This document shows, piece by piece, positions 44,631 to 57,395 of a stretch of DNA of 64,000 bases. Under the pieces are notes generated by a model. It saw only the letters and a program-made list of their open reading frames with translations. It was not told the origin of the DNA and made no database searches. The DNA comes from Amoebidium appalachense (lineage: Eukaryota > Protista > Ichthyosporea), in contig CAVNZM010000004.1 of NCBI GenBank assembly GCA_963693365.1, positions 7,229,093 to 7,293,092 of the forward strand, written 5' to 3'. Positions within the stretch are counted from its first letter, which is position 1. Every line of letters begins with the position of its first letter. Both the position numbers and the translations under genes were made by a program.

Positions 44631-45932
44631 AAAAAAAAACAGTCCCCAAACTCTCTACCTCTCCTCTCCCAATGAAAATTGACCCAAGAACCCCCCCCCC
44701 TCCCCCCAGATCCGTGCATGGTTCGAAGAGTACGCCAACCTGCTCCTCCACCGTGCCGAGGGATACATGATTGGGCTGCAGGGTTCGAAAGACGGCTACG
44801 AGTACCGCGCGTTTGGTCCGAGGGGGGTCTTTTACGATCTGCAGCTGTCTGCTGTGGGGCTCTTCAGCGGAAATTTGACCCTCTACATGCACTATGCCAA
44901 GCACGCAAAGTAGGTCCCCCACTGTTTTTGCTTCTTTGGTTGCAGCAACTCATCCCCTTCCCCCCCCCCCCCCCCCCCCTCCCCCCCCCCCCCCCCCCAC
45001 ACATGCTCATGCTCATGCTCGTAGGGACCCGCCCGACCAGACGCAAATGCACATATGCAGAAGTGTATGGGGTTATATCCCACGGAGCACCTCCGCTTTG
45101 CATGTGCAATTATTGATCAAGACCCCCTCCCCCCCCCCCCCCCCCCCCGGAGTGTCGTATATACGCGGGCTAAGGGGTCGAAACTCAGACGCAATTGATG
45201 ACTTGGGTCCTCCCTGAGGATGGGCTCTGCTTATGACGCATACTGTGCACATGGCTGATGTTGCATACTTGAATGTTTGCCTTTGCATGTGTCCTGCACC
45301 ATGCTTCTCGTCGTGTATGCGTACTTTGTACCGTGTTCCGCATTCAAAACCCCCCCCACCCCACCCACCCCACCTACCTACCCTTTTTGTCTCTCCCCCT
45401 AACCCTCTCCACCCACCATCAGGGGTCGTCTCCAACACCAATTTGCGCTCAAGCCAAGCCCCCGTCCGTTCCACCCTGGAAATGCCTACATTGGCACCAT
45501 GCGCTTGGGCGAAAAAGTCGACGTTGCCATGGACCCCGCCTTCGTAACCAAGCAACTTAACGCTTGGTTCCTATTGGCTAAAATGGCTAAGGCGGGGGGA
45601 TACGATCTATTTTCGTACCAGCATGAGGACGCTGTGGCCCCCATCTTGAGATCCGCAGCTCTCTTTAACATTGCCGGTTACAGGAGGTAGGCTGCTGCTT
45701 CTTTCATCCCCCCCCCCCCCCCCCCCCCCCCCCCTGGAGCGTCGTATATACGCGGGCTAAGGGGTCGAAACTCAGACGCAATTGATGACTTGGGTCCTCC
45801 CTGAGGATGGGCTCTGCTTATGACGCATACTGTGCACATGGCTGATGTTGCATACTTGAATGTTTGCCTTTGCATGTGTCCTGCACCATGCTTCTCGTCG
45901 TGTATGCGTACTTCGTACCGTGTTCCGCATTC

Positions 45933-45968
<36 letters not shown>

Positions 45969-46599
45969 CACGCTTCCCCCCCTTCTCCCATAGCACACAC
46001 AGATACGCATGTGCACACACACCGAGAAGGGGAGGAGAAAGGGGAGGAGGGAGAGAGAGTGTTTTGGGGATAGGGGTCATCCTCTTTTCTTTCTTTTGCT
46101 CTACACACGCACACACACGTGTATGCAGATCACCTCCCACCTAGCCAATAACACCCAGAATCCCATCGAGATGGTTCCAAGAAACTGCAGATTCCGTTTT
46201 CCTTATACATACGAGTTGGGGAAGGTGATTAGGAAGATTGTAGTTGTGGATAAAATACGAAACAGATATCTAACCCTGTATTCTCTGCATATCCACAGGC
46301 AATACTTTGCTGAGATGACGACACTCCCTCCACAACTGAAGAAGCGTGCCAACACATTAATGCAGAAAATTCAACTATCACAAACCCCGTCTATCACAAA
46401 CGCTTCTCTGCTTTCCTACTACCACGCGACGAGGATATGGCCCGATCTTTCCGGGAAAATCGATCCGAAATTTGAAAAGGTGGGGCTCTACGAAGCGGAA
46501 CACTCGGGTGACGAGTCTCTTGGCGTTCACCCGTTCTGGAATTTGGGATTGACGGACCGGTTTTTGGTTTCCGGAAAGGCAAACCCCGGAGGGAGGTAG
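37958..46599 (+). CDS. Type II membrane protein: glycosyltransferase-like domain plus degenerate alginate-lyase-like (alpha/alpha toroid) domain, 849 aa, 11 exons
   Basis: Exons 37958-38199, 39334-39392, 39730-40016, 40880-40990, 41341-41576, 42043-42248, 42704-43092, 44016-44270, 44710-44909, 45423-45686, 46299-46599 sum to 2550 nt in one frame. N-terminal TM helix, then LYRAIGNDLPPRH, KNIYVINNNGARNAAL, WILPWDGNCFLT, EEPQLIFR, YGRRPKV.LL.RLG.PGPWD, MKDLYYFLDAVR, FYDLQ, GVHPFWNLG. These motifs are typical of proteins annotated 'alginate lyase family/domain' in bacteria and fungi. Confidence 0.85.
40025..40182 (+). mobile_element. Dispersed intronic repeat, diverged subfamily copy
   Basis: Shares GGTCGAAACTC, CCCTGAGGATGGGCTCTGCTTAT and GTACTTCGTAC...GCATTCAAA+poly C. 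Confidence 0.7.
43322..43477 (+). mobile_element. Dispersed intronic repeat, internally deleted copy
   Basis: Same start (GTCGTATATACGCGGGCTAAGGGGTCGAAACTCAG) and end (CCGCATTCAAA+poly C), with two internal deletions. Confidence 0.85.
45149..45349 (+). mobile_element. Dispersed ~200-bp intronic repeat, full-length copy, flanked by C-runs
   Basis: Near-identical to 45736-45934; further copies at 43322-43477, 40025-40182 (+) and 20762-20912, 29367-29510 (-). Confidence 0.85.
45736..45934 (+). mobile_element. Dispersed ~200-bp intronic repeat, full-length copy
   Basis: Differs from 45149-45349 at only a few positions; embedded between two C-runs. Confidence 0.85.
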
Positions 46600-46992
46600 C
46601 TATACCACAATTCTGATTTTTGGTTTATGATTCTTCAAATTTTGATTAATGAATCTTTTAATTGATCCATGTATTTTGGATGGTCTAAAACTGATATTTC
46701 GTACTTTCGTACTTAAAGTGAGAAGAGTTGTACATTTAGTATAAGGGGGGGAATATGCTGTTTATTAGGAGTTGTACATTTAGTATAAGGGGGGGAATGT
46801 GCTGTTTACTAACTAAGTATACATGCTTGATAGAATATGACAAAAATGTGTCAATCGGGTTTGGCCCAATTTTATTCTAATTTTGTTTTGTTTTGGGGGG
46901 GGGGGAGGTAGTATCAAGATTTTGTGACGTATGCAAAAGTGCAAACATGAAACGAATGAAGTGTACACCCACATGCTTTTAGATTGTGTGCA

Positions 46993-47032
<40 letters not shown>

Positions 47033-47613
47033 TAGTAAGTGCAGGTGTGGTTAAGGGAACCCTCGATACGTGAAGCAATTGCCAATGAGAAAACACAGTG
47101 CTTGAAGATATAAACCAGTCATATGATTGGATACCAACAAGGAGTGCAAATATAAAAACTGGTCTGCATTGGATGCGCTGGTTTGACCAAATTTTATTTG
47201 CCCAGTTTTGAAGTCTCTTCTTCTGATACTCATTCAGGTGATATCTTGTGCCACAAACATATATCCCCTTCTCTCTCTCTCTCTCCTCCCCCCCCAACAC
47301 ACATACACACATGTACACACCGTTTCCCACCCCTCGAGGTCTCCCCTAATCCTTCCCCCCTCCCCCCCCCCTCTCAAGGGATGCCGAATCATTGAGTCAC
47401 ACAGTGTGTCATTACACATGGACATGATCATAAACTTAACACGGGGAAAACATTTAAATTCGTATTTTGGCTCTGGCTAGCCGAGAAATAAATGTTCAAG
47501 TAAGTGTGTGTGTGTGTCTGTGTGTGTGTGATGGTGGTGTTGGTGTTGGTGTTAGTACCGGTGTGTGTGTATAAATGGGATGAGGGAGGAACTTGAAGAA
47601 ATTTAAGGGGAGG

Positions 47614-47651
<38 letters not shown>

Positions 47652-47711
47652 CAATGGGCCAATTCAAGGTCTGAAGTAGTCTGCCGTACTGCAGCATGTG
47701 CCTGTGTGTGT

Positions 47712-47746
<35 letters not shown>

Positions 47747-47999
47747 GAGGAAGAAGGGAGCCAGGGGCCTGGGCCTTAGGCTGAATGATGGCCATATGCA
47801 TGGTATGAAATAGCTTAATTTTTAAGGTCGGTTTGTTGCGGGGGGGCCAGGGAAGCTCTTAGGGGGGGAGGGGGGGGGGGAAAGTAAAATATGTGGTATA
47901 TAAGGGCATATGCATGCCACAGTGATTGACATTACTACGGCAAGCCAAAACCTTTAATGCACCATTCAATACTGTGCTCAAACACACAGACAATTGGTT

Positions 48000-48060
48000 C
48001 ACACACGGTGATGTCAATTGCACGTGCATACATTTCCGGCAATTGACATCACCGTGTGTG
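48000..48060. other. Perfect 22-bp inverted repeat with 17-nt loop
   Basis: CACACACGGTGATGTCAATTGC (48000-48021) pairs with GCAATTGACATCACCGTGTGTG (48039-48060). Confidence 0.9.
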
Positions 48061-48484
48061 TGGAATCACTGCCGTACATCACAAAACATTTAATGCTTGA
48101 TATCAATACCCGTGACGCGGCATTTCGCTAGCATTCCCTTAATTTGCGATTGCACAATCACCAAAAAAGGGAACTTCCGATAGTATACCATTTATAGGCA
48201 AGGCCAATCAGATACCACCGTACCATGCGTCATGCGGCAGCCATCATCATGGCCGGTCAACTGGGGTCAGTAAAGACTACTGAGTGCACATGGGCGGACA
48301 TGCATTCCTTCTGCAATCAAGGCGTACCCTTACGCCATATATGGTAGTTATACCCTTACACCATACAGGGGGTGACCAATATTAAGATGATTTGAAATTT
48401 AATATATATAGTGCTATTCTTTTTTTTCCCCCAAAAAAATTAAGATAATAGGGCCTACCAAACCTGGCGGATATTTAAGATCAT

Positions 48485-48526
<42 letters not shown>

Positions 48527-48770
48527 GGGGGGGGGAGGAGGAAGGGGGAATGTTGCACAGAACAAGGGGCAAGGTAATAATGTCGGCTAGTGAGAAGAAT
48601 ATACATTGCTGACCGTAGTACACCACTGTGGCACTGTCATGGCCCTGGTTGTCTTCACCTCTAACTGAGTATACCAATTGCGGGGGGAGGGGGGGGGGGG
48701 GGAGGGGGGGGGAAGGGGGGAGGGAGGGGAGGGGGGGGGGGGGAGGGGGGGGGAGAGAGAGAGAGAGTGA

Positions 48771-48828
<58 letters not shown>

Positions 48829-49509
48829 AAGGGGGGGGGGGGGGGGGGGGGGGGGGGATTCGAACCACCACCTGTTTTGAAGAGGGGTGTTTGGATGGGT
48901 GGGTGGGGTGGGGGGGGGGGGGGGGGGGGGGGGGGAAGGGAGGGGGGGGGGGGGGGGAGGGAGGGAACCAACCACCATACATGAGAAGGAGCCCCCCTCC
49001 CCCTCCCCCCCCTCCCCCCGCATAGACCCCCCCCTCCCCCCCCCCCCAAAAAAAAAAAAAAAAAGAATCCGGGGAGGAGGGTTCGGAGGGTTTACAATAG
49101 GGTTTACAATACTAACTACTAGCTTTCATGGTCATGATACATTCGAAAGTCAAAAAACCTTATACATGCAATGGGCCCCGCGCGGGTATGGGCACATATT
49201 TAAGTTACGTGCGTGCATAAGAAGATTTTGCTTGTGCACACACAGATTGAGCGCAACTCACTGACGAACAGATCGGTATGGACACACAAGAAAGCATTGC
49301 CAAGCACACACGCACACATAGTATATAATGCACAAACACACACATCACACACACAGCGCGCGCGCGCGCGCGTGCACGCAGGCACGCAGGCACACACACA
49401 CACACACAGGGAGAGAAATGGGTGGGGGGGCCCGGGGGGTAAGGGAGAGAGATTTTGAGAGATAGATCTTAAGAGAGAGAGGAGAGAGAGGGTGGGTGGG
49501 GTGGGGGGG

Positions 49510-49540
<31 letters not shown>

Positions 49541-49582
49541 CAGAGAGAGAGAGGGAGAGAGAAAAAGAAAGCGGGACACACA

Positions 49583-49618
<36 letters not shown>

Positions 49619-49650
49619 AAGGGGGGAGGGGGGGGAGAGGTAGAGAGAGT

Positions 49651-49698
<48 letters not shown>

Positions 49699-49741
49699 AG
49701 AGAGAGAAAGAGAGGGAGAGAGAAAAAGAAAGCGGGACACA

Positions 49742-49775
<34 letters not shown>

Positions 49776-49830
49776 AAGGGGGGAGGGGGGGGAGAGGTAG
49801 AGAGAGTGAGTGAGTGAGAGAGTGTGTGGG
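49510..49830. repeat. Tandem duplication of a GA/CA composite unit (~170 bp)
   Basis: GAGAGAAAAAGAAAGCGGGACACAC...GAGAGGTAGAGAGAGTGAGTGAG occurs twice. Confidence 0.85.
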
Positions 49831-49831
49831 G

Positions 49832-49923
<92 letters not shown>

Positions 49924-50160
49924 TGCATATAGCATCATACTCACACACACAAACGCATTCGCGCATGCGCACGCGTGCATACACATCGATTAAATTCCTA
50001 CACATACACATGATATATTTTCCGGAACCGTATTCCTACTTTTTTTTTTTTTTTCGTTTGAATTGATAAAAACACACATACACCACGTACGTGCAGCGCG
50101 TGCACAGACACACACACACACACACACACACACGGACGCGCGCACACGCATGCACACACA

Positions 50161-50194
<34 letters not shown>

Positions 50195-50376
50195 CCCCTC
50201 CCCCCAGGGGCCCCCCTGAAGATCATGGGTTCGACCGGTCATCTCCGGCGCTAATTGCCAACTTGCAAAAGTAACGAATTTCTAATACATATTTTGTCTG
50301 TGCGACATTCCAGTACCGCAATTCATGCCATGTAATAACAATAACTTGATAATGGTATTTACAGAGTTTTGAGTCT

Positions 50377-50419
<43 letters not shown>

Positions 50420-50491
50420 CGCATTGTCTGACCCTTCTAAACATGTACAAACAAACAAAAAACCAAACAAGCAAAACAAAACAACACAATG

Positions 50492-50571
<80 letters not shown>

Positions 50572-50610
50572 GCTGCAAAAATGATCCAATTTGGTAGGGC
50601 CTAACTAATA

Positions 50611-50768
50611 TTAAGGGCAGCATCCTGGGGGCCACAATACCAAAACCGATGTTGCCTTTTTGTATTTTTGATATTCCGGATCATTTCCCCATCTCTCGTC
50701 GGCCCGTTTCTCCAGCATGGGGATGCCTGAGACGAAGCACAGCAGAAAGGCGGTGAAGAGAGGCCTGC

Positions 50769-50842
<74 letters not shown>

Positions 50843-50875
50843 ATGCTTTTGTGTGTGTGTGAGTGTATGTGTGTG

Positions 50876-50923
<48 letters not shown>

Positions 50924-51076
50924 GGGGGGGGGGGGAGGGGGGGGGGAGGGGGAATGGAGGTGCAAAACATATTGGTTAACATGAAAACCTCTTAACCTTC
51001 CATAATTCCAAGCCATGAAAACACCTCTCTCACCCTCTGCTGTGTCAACTTCATCCAAGCTTTTACCCCCCCCCCC

Positions 51077-51141
<65 letters not shown>

Positions 51142-51682
51142 CTGCCGCCGCCGCCGCACACAAAAGACACATACACACGACACGGGCACACATAAAGTGG
51201 AACACACCAACCTACACAGGCACACAACACGACACACATGCCACCTGTACACCTTCATACCAGACCCCACTTGATCAAATTATAATAAATGCATCTTTGC
51301 ACATCACTAAAGCCCAAGTCCAAATATCCCAAGTGGAAAAGGGGAGAAAGGGGAGCCTGAGGGGGGGGAAAGCCCCGGGGGGGGGGGGGGGGGGGGGGGG
51401 GGAGGGGGAGGGGGGAGGGGGGAGGGGGGGGGGGGGGGGGAGAGAAATAAGTACAAATTTACCCCTGGGAGGTGGGTTTGGGGGGGGGGGGGGGGGGAGG
51501 GGGGGAGGGGGGGGGGGGGGGGGGGAAGAGGCCCACGGACGGGAGGGGCGAAGGGGGCGTGGCGGGTATGGAGAAGGGGGGAGAGGAGGGGGTGGGAGGG
51601 GGAGGGGGGCACTCACCCGAGGATGGTAAGCCACTGGGCACCCTCAAAGCTGTTGCTGCAGGCAATGAAAAGACCCTGTGTT

Positions 51683-51746
<64 letters not shown>

Positions 51747-52187
51747 TGTGTTTGTGGGGGGGAGGGGGGGAAATCTCATGAGCACATGCAAGGAAGGTTG
51801 GGGTCACGCAGGTGCGAAAGCACTTGTGTGTGTGTAGGCTCAAGTCCATCTGCAAAAACCGTCCAAGAAGAGAAGAGAGAAACCGAAAGAAATGCTGAGA
51901 ATGGGCGGCGGCGGCGGCGGGGAGGGGGGGGGGGGGGGGGGGGGGGGGGGCTGTTTCTAAACGGTCAAGGATGCATGGGAGTGACACAGGGTCTTCCCCC
52001 ATCTACACATAAACGTCCAGGCATCGTGACAGACGTACAACCACACAAACAAAACGACACACTTACACTGGGGTGGTTAGAGCGGGTAAAGAATGGATTA
52101 CGAGGGTGTGTGCCTGAAAGGTAGCAGTAATGGGTGTGCTTCTAATACAAATGCTTGTGTGCTCACGTTTGCGTGATGCCCCCTTGC

Positions 52188-52278
<91 letters not shown>

Positions 52279-52357
52279 CGTGTGTGTGCGCGCGCACATC
52301 TCCCTCTCTCCCTCTCTCCCTTTCCCTCTCCCTCTCCCTCTCCCTCTCTCTCTCTCT

Positions 52358-52440
<83 letters not shown>

Positions 52441-52759
52441 GTGTCACGGGGAAAAGAAGGGGGGGAGGGGGGGGGGGAGGAGAGAGCGGAGCGGGGGAAG
52501 GGGGGGGGGGGGGTGGAGACAGGGAGAAAAGAATGGGAGAGGGGGCTTACCACCCACAGCAGAATTTCACCAAAATAATTTGGGTGGCGGCTCCACGACC
52601 ACATACCACCTTGGATGAATTTTCCGCGATTGGCGGGGTCCTTGCGAAATTGATCCTTCTGCCAATCGGAGAGCACTTCGACGGCAAACCCGATGGTCCA
52701 GAGCACAAATCCTGCATGTGTTAATTGATGAGGAAGGAGAAGAAAAATGTGCCAGTGTA

Positions 52760-52827
<68 letters not shown>

Positions 52828-53175
52828 GGGGTAGAATGCAAACTTGTTGCAAAGTACACATTTTACATCATTGCAGCACGAGCACATCTTGCAAAAACTT
52901 CGAGGAGCAAAGCACAGCATGCATAAAAAGGGGTGGCGGATCGGCAGGGGGGGAGGGGGAGGGGGGGGGAGGGGGGGGGGGGGGGGGGGGGGCGGAAGGG
53001 CCGGGGGGTATGCTTGGAGGGTGGAGAACACCGGCACAATGGCAATCAGAAGCCACAGAATTGAAAACAAAAGGCAAAATCCAAAAAGAAAAATGCAGTG
53101 TAAAGACACGGGAGTATGACTCCCTACATGTAATTTATGCGCATTTCAAGTTTATATATATACCATATATATCTA

Positions 53176-53216
<41 letters not shown>

Positions 53217-53226
53217 TATGATAATA

Positions 53227-53266
<40 letters not shown>

Positions 53267-53905
53267 CTGCAAAGTTGCTATAGTCTTAACGAACAAATAT
53301 TAGCGTGTTAGGGGGGCAGGGACTAAAATAGTGCACAGGGAGGCGAGGAGGAAATTACAGCCTGACGGCCCTGGTGGTTGATATTGGGGATCGGTAACCC
53401 CAACCAACAACACCAACCAACCCTCCCCCCCCCCCTCCTCCCCCCCCCTCCCTCCCCCCTCCCCCACCTTTTCTCCCACAAACATGCGCGTACGAACCAC
53501 ACACACAACACCTCATTATAAGCAAAGAAAAAAACAAAGATGTTGTGGAAAGACCCAAACATTTTTTTTTTTTTTTTTTGGTGGTGGTGGTGGTGCTGGG
53601 GGTTTTTTGGTGGTGGTGGTGGTGCTGGGGGGGGGGGGGGGGGGGGGGGGGGGGGAGTAAGAGTATTTACGCACCAACATAGTCCCTTGCGTTCAACGTA
53701 CTGTATGCACTGCTCCACAGGTTGACGACATACACGGGTGAGGCCACTAGGGTCACCCATAGGCCCTGCAGTGACCAGGCAACCAGAAACGCAAACGGGA
53801 AGGGCTTGAGGTCGTCAAAACGACCGTCTTTACCGTCTCGGAGAATGCGCGTGAAGAGATATGTTCCCAACCTGTACACGTGTGTGTGTTGTGTATTGTG
53901 TTTTT

Positions 53906-53936
<31 letters not shown>

Positions 53937-54081
53937 GAGGAGAGGGAACAGGGCAGAGAGAGGGGGGGAAGGAGGGGTATGGTTGGGGGGGTAAGGGGGA
54001 GGGGGGGAGGTGGACATTCGGCGAGAGTGGTTGGGGAGGCAGGGGTTGTGTGTGTGTGTGTGTGTGTATGTGTGTGATGAG

Positions 54082-54118
<37 letters not shown>

Positions 54119-54602
54119 TGTTGTGTGAGCGCACGAGATGGGATATGTGTGTTAAAACTTGTAGAGAATGTAGTGTGGTTCATGGGGGAGGTTCCTAATC
54201 TTGGATGCCCGATGGAACCCTCCCCCCCCCCCCCCCCCCCCCCCCCCCTCCCCTCTTGTGGATATTACAGTGCATACACTGGTGAACCGAGAAACGAACA
54301 GGGGGTCGGTTGTGTGTGTGCGGTGTATGTCGAATATCAATCAAAAGAGAGGTAACACCCACTGACGAACAACAAACAGTACAACGTGTTTTAATACCGG
54401 CGGGGGGGGGGGGGAGGGGGGGGGGGGGGGGGGGGGTCTGCAATAGGTGATCACTATAGAGTGAGTAAAAATACAAATGTGCGGTTAGTCAAATGTCTAT
54501 AAAGGGACTCCCAACCGAATGTATGTCTTTAAGGAAAACTTGGGAGTCTCGGAGAAACAGAGGGAGCAAATCAGGTATTGGGTTGCACTTCCCTAACCCC
54601 CC

Positions 54603-54633
<31 letters not shown>

Positions 54634-55809
54634 AAAAAAAAAAAAAAAGCATCATCCAGACACCTGACACCCACCAACAACCCCTTTCCACAGCCACCGA
54701 CAGACTAACAAACATCTCTCCCCCCCCCTCCCCTTCCCCCCCCCCCCCCCCCCCCCCCCCTCCTCCTCCTCCCCCCCGGTCCCTCTTTCTCCCACAATAA
54801 CATGTGCACTCCATCTCCCCCCATCCCCCCTCCCCTCCAACAAACACACACAAAAAGGGTTTTAAGGTTGAAAAAAAAAAGGGGGGGGGGGGGGGGGGAG
54901 GCAGGGATGTGGGGGAGGGGAAGACGGGCAAGACAAAGGCAGAGAAAAGGGCAAAACACACCTCGTACACCAGACGAGCACACAGACAGATGCCCAGATG
55001 CTGCGTGGTGACCGTGTGCCCACCAGAAGGGTGTAGAGCGTGGCTATGAAGTACGTGGCACTGCCTATTATGGAAGGTCAGTTGCCTTATATGGAACACA
55101 ATATTGTGGTATGACGATTGCCTTTATATATTACCTACCAGATCCCTGGTATGACGTCTTGAATGCATAAAATGGTGCACATGGTGTGATACCTACCAAG
55201 GCAGAACTGCTTGCCACGTATGGCACATCGGCTGCCTAATATGGGTTGCCAGTTGCCTTATATGGGGGCTTTAAGCAGCTTCAGTGCTTGATAATAAAAA
55301 AAAAAAGAAAGTCCCTTGCTCCCCAACACGTTCCTTTACAAAGTGGTTGATTTCGACTCCGTCCCTTTCCCACGCCTCTAATGGTGTAGAAACTCTGATC
55401 TTACAAGCAGAAAGGGCAAAAAAAAAAGGAATGAAGAAGATGGCAAGATATGTTCATGTGTCTCTGTGTGTGCATGTGTGTGTGTTTGTGGGGGGGGGGG
55501 GGGGGGGGGGGGGGGGAAGGGGCGGGGGGAGAGGAGGGAGAAAGAAGGGGGGGGGTGGGGGGGGGGGGTCAACCTGTCAGGTCGTAGTACATTTCTGTCT
55601 GGCGCCAGAACCCATATGCCCAGCCCAAATACTGGATTCCGTAGATAATCACCGGTAGAGCCTGCGTGTGTGTGGGTGGGTGGGTGGGCGTGGAAGGGGG
55701 GGGGGGGGGGGGGGGTCAAGAGAGTTAGGTAAACTGCTAAAAAAATCCTTCACAGATATTCTTGATTTCAAAGCAGGCGACCGGATGAGTGGGGCGTGCT
55801 GGCTCCCTG

Positions 55810-55847
<38 letters not shown>

Positions 55848-56032
55848 AGCAGGCAAATGTTCACCTATTCATGTCAGCGTGAATCTACCAAAAAAGTAAT
55901 CCGAAATTGCAGGTCAACATCTGCAGTTGACTTGGTTCTGTTTCAATTTTTCTTCTTCCTTTGTCTTTGGTCGGGTATATCCACAGCTATCAGTAGAAAT
56001 AAGGAAGGGATCAACTTGTTAATGTGTGTTGC

Positions 56033-56071
<39 letters not shown>

Positions 56072-56104
56072 TGTCTCTGCACGCATGGTAGTGGTGGTGG
56101 TGGT

Positions 56105-56136
<32 letters not shown>

Positions 56137-56937
56137 GGCGTTGGTGGTGGGGTCGTTGAAGTGTGAGAATGAGTGTGTGTGTGTGTGTGTGTGTGTGCGT
56201 GTGTGTGCGCGTAGACAATCCACATGGAGGGTTTCTAACGTGTTACCGAGTAAAAAGTACACATCCACGACGGACAACGCGTGCAAATAACACATAAAGA
56301 GCATGCATGATAAGTAGAGCACGGGAGAAGGGGGGGGGGGGGGGGGGGGGGGGGGTCGGAGAGGGGGGAAGGGTGGAAGGCGGCCTCGGGTGTAATAAGA
56401 CCCATGCATATGTGTGTGTGAGCTGCCTTCTGTCTTGAACACCCCTTCCAGCCTTGCTCATCAAGCCCCCCCACTCCCCCCCCCCCCCCCAAAAAAAAAA
56501 AAAAAAAAAAAAACACACACACACCTCTTATCCTCCCCAAACCATGGCCTTCCCCCCCACCCCCTCCCCTACCCTCACCCTTTGCGCTCGCCTGTTTCCC
56601 CCTCTTAAAGCTTGTGCGTGTGTTCGCCTGTGTATGTGTGTATGTGTGCGTGTGTGTGTGTGCGTGTGTACACCAAGGCACAACGACGTGTGTGGGTGTG
56701 CTTGGGAAGACTGATATGAAGGGGGGGGGGGGGGGGGGGGGGAGGGGGGACATAGCGGGGGGGTTGGGGGGGTTGGGGTTGGGGGGGGGGGGAGGGCGTA
56801 CACACCCAAGGCAGTTCGAAGGCAAACTTCGAAACAACGTAGCCGAGCACAAAGGCAACCACACACACCACCACCTGGCCCACAGTGCGAGCAGGGGAGG
56901 GGGTTTTGGGTTTTTTGGCTGTCTCGCTCGTCATCAT
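50611..56937 (-). CDS. DUF1295 / steroid 5-alpha-reductase-like integral membrane oxidoreductase, 297 aa, 7 exons
   Basis: Exons 56937-56806, 55661-55574, 55064-54962, 53871-53675, 52711-52551, 51675-51617, 50764-50611; 894 nt in frame. Motifs [72 protein letters not shown]. Confidence 0.93.
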
Positions 56938-57074
56938 GCTGGTCTCACTAGCAACGGGTACCTAAGGGCAAACGTATAAATGACAAGTGATTTGGTGTGA
57001 TTGGGAACCGGGAGGGGGGGGGGGGGGGGGGGAGACCGAAGGGGGGGGGGGGGGGGCGGGGGGAGGGCTAGGGG

Positions 57075-57210
57075 GGGGGGTTCTAATGAGGACAGAGGAC
57101 AAGGGGACTGAGGGGCGAGGGGACAAGGTGCGGGGGGAGGGGGGAGGGTTAGGGGGGGGGGGTTTCTGATGAGGACAGAGGACAAGGGGACTGAGGGGCG
57201 AGGGGACAGG
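57075..57210. repeat. Tandem duplication just upstream of the DUF1295 start codon
   Basis: ATGAGGACAGAGGACAAGGGGACTGAGGGGCGAGGGGACA occurs twice. Confidence 0.9.
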
Positions 57211-57269
57211 CGAGGGTAATGGAAAGATGTGTGGGGGAGAGAATAGGAGCAAAAGCAACTTCGTACATT

Positions 57270-57346
<77 letters not shown>

Positions 57347-57354
57347 GCACGCGC

Positions 57355-57395
<41 letters not shown>

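Noticed and set aside
45165-45186. A-box/B-box-like pair in the intronic repeat (tRNA-derived SINE)
   Set aside because: The two motifs are adjacent rather than 30-60 nt apart, and no cloverleaf is evident.
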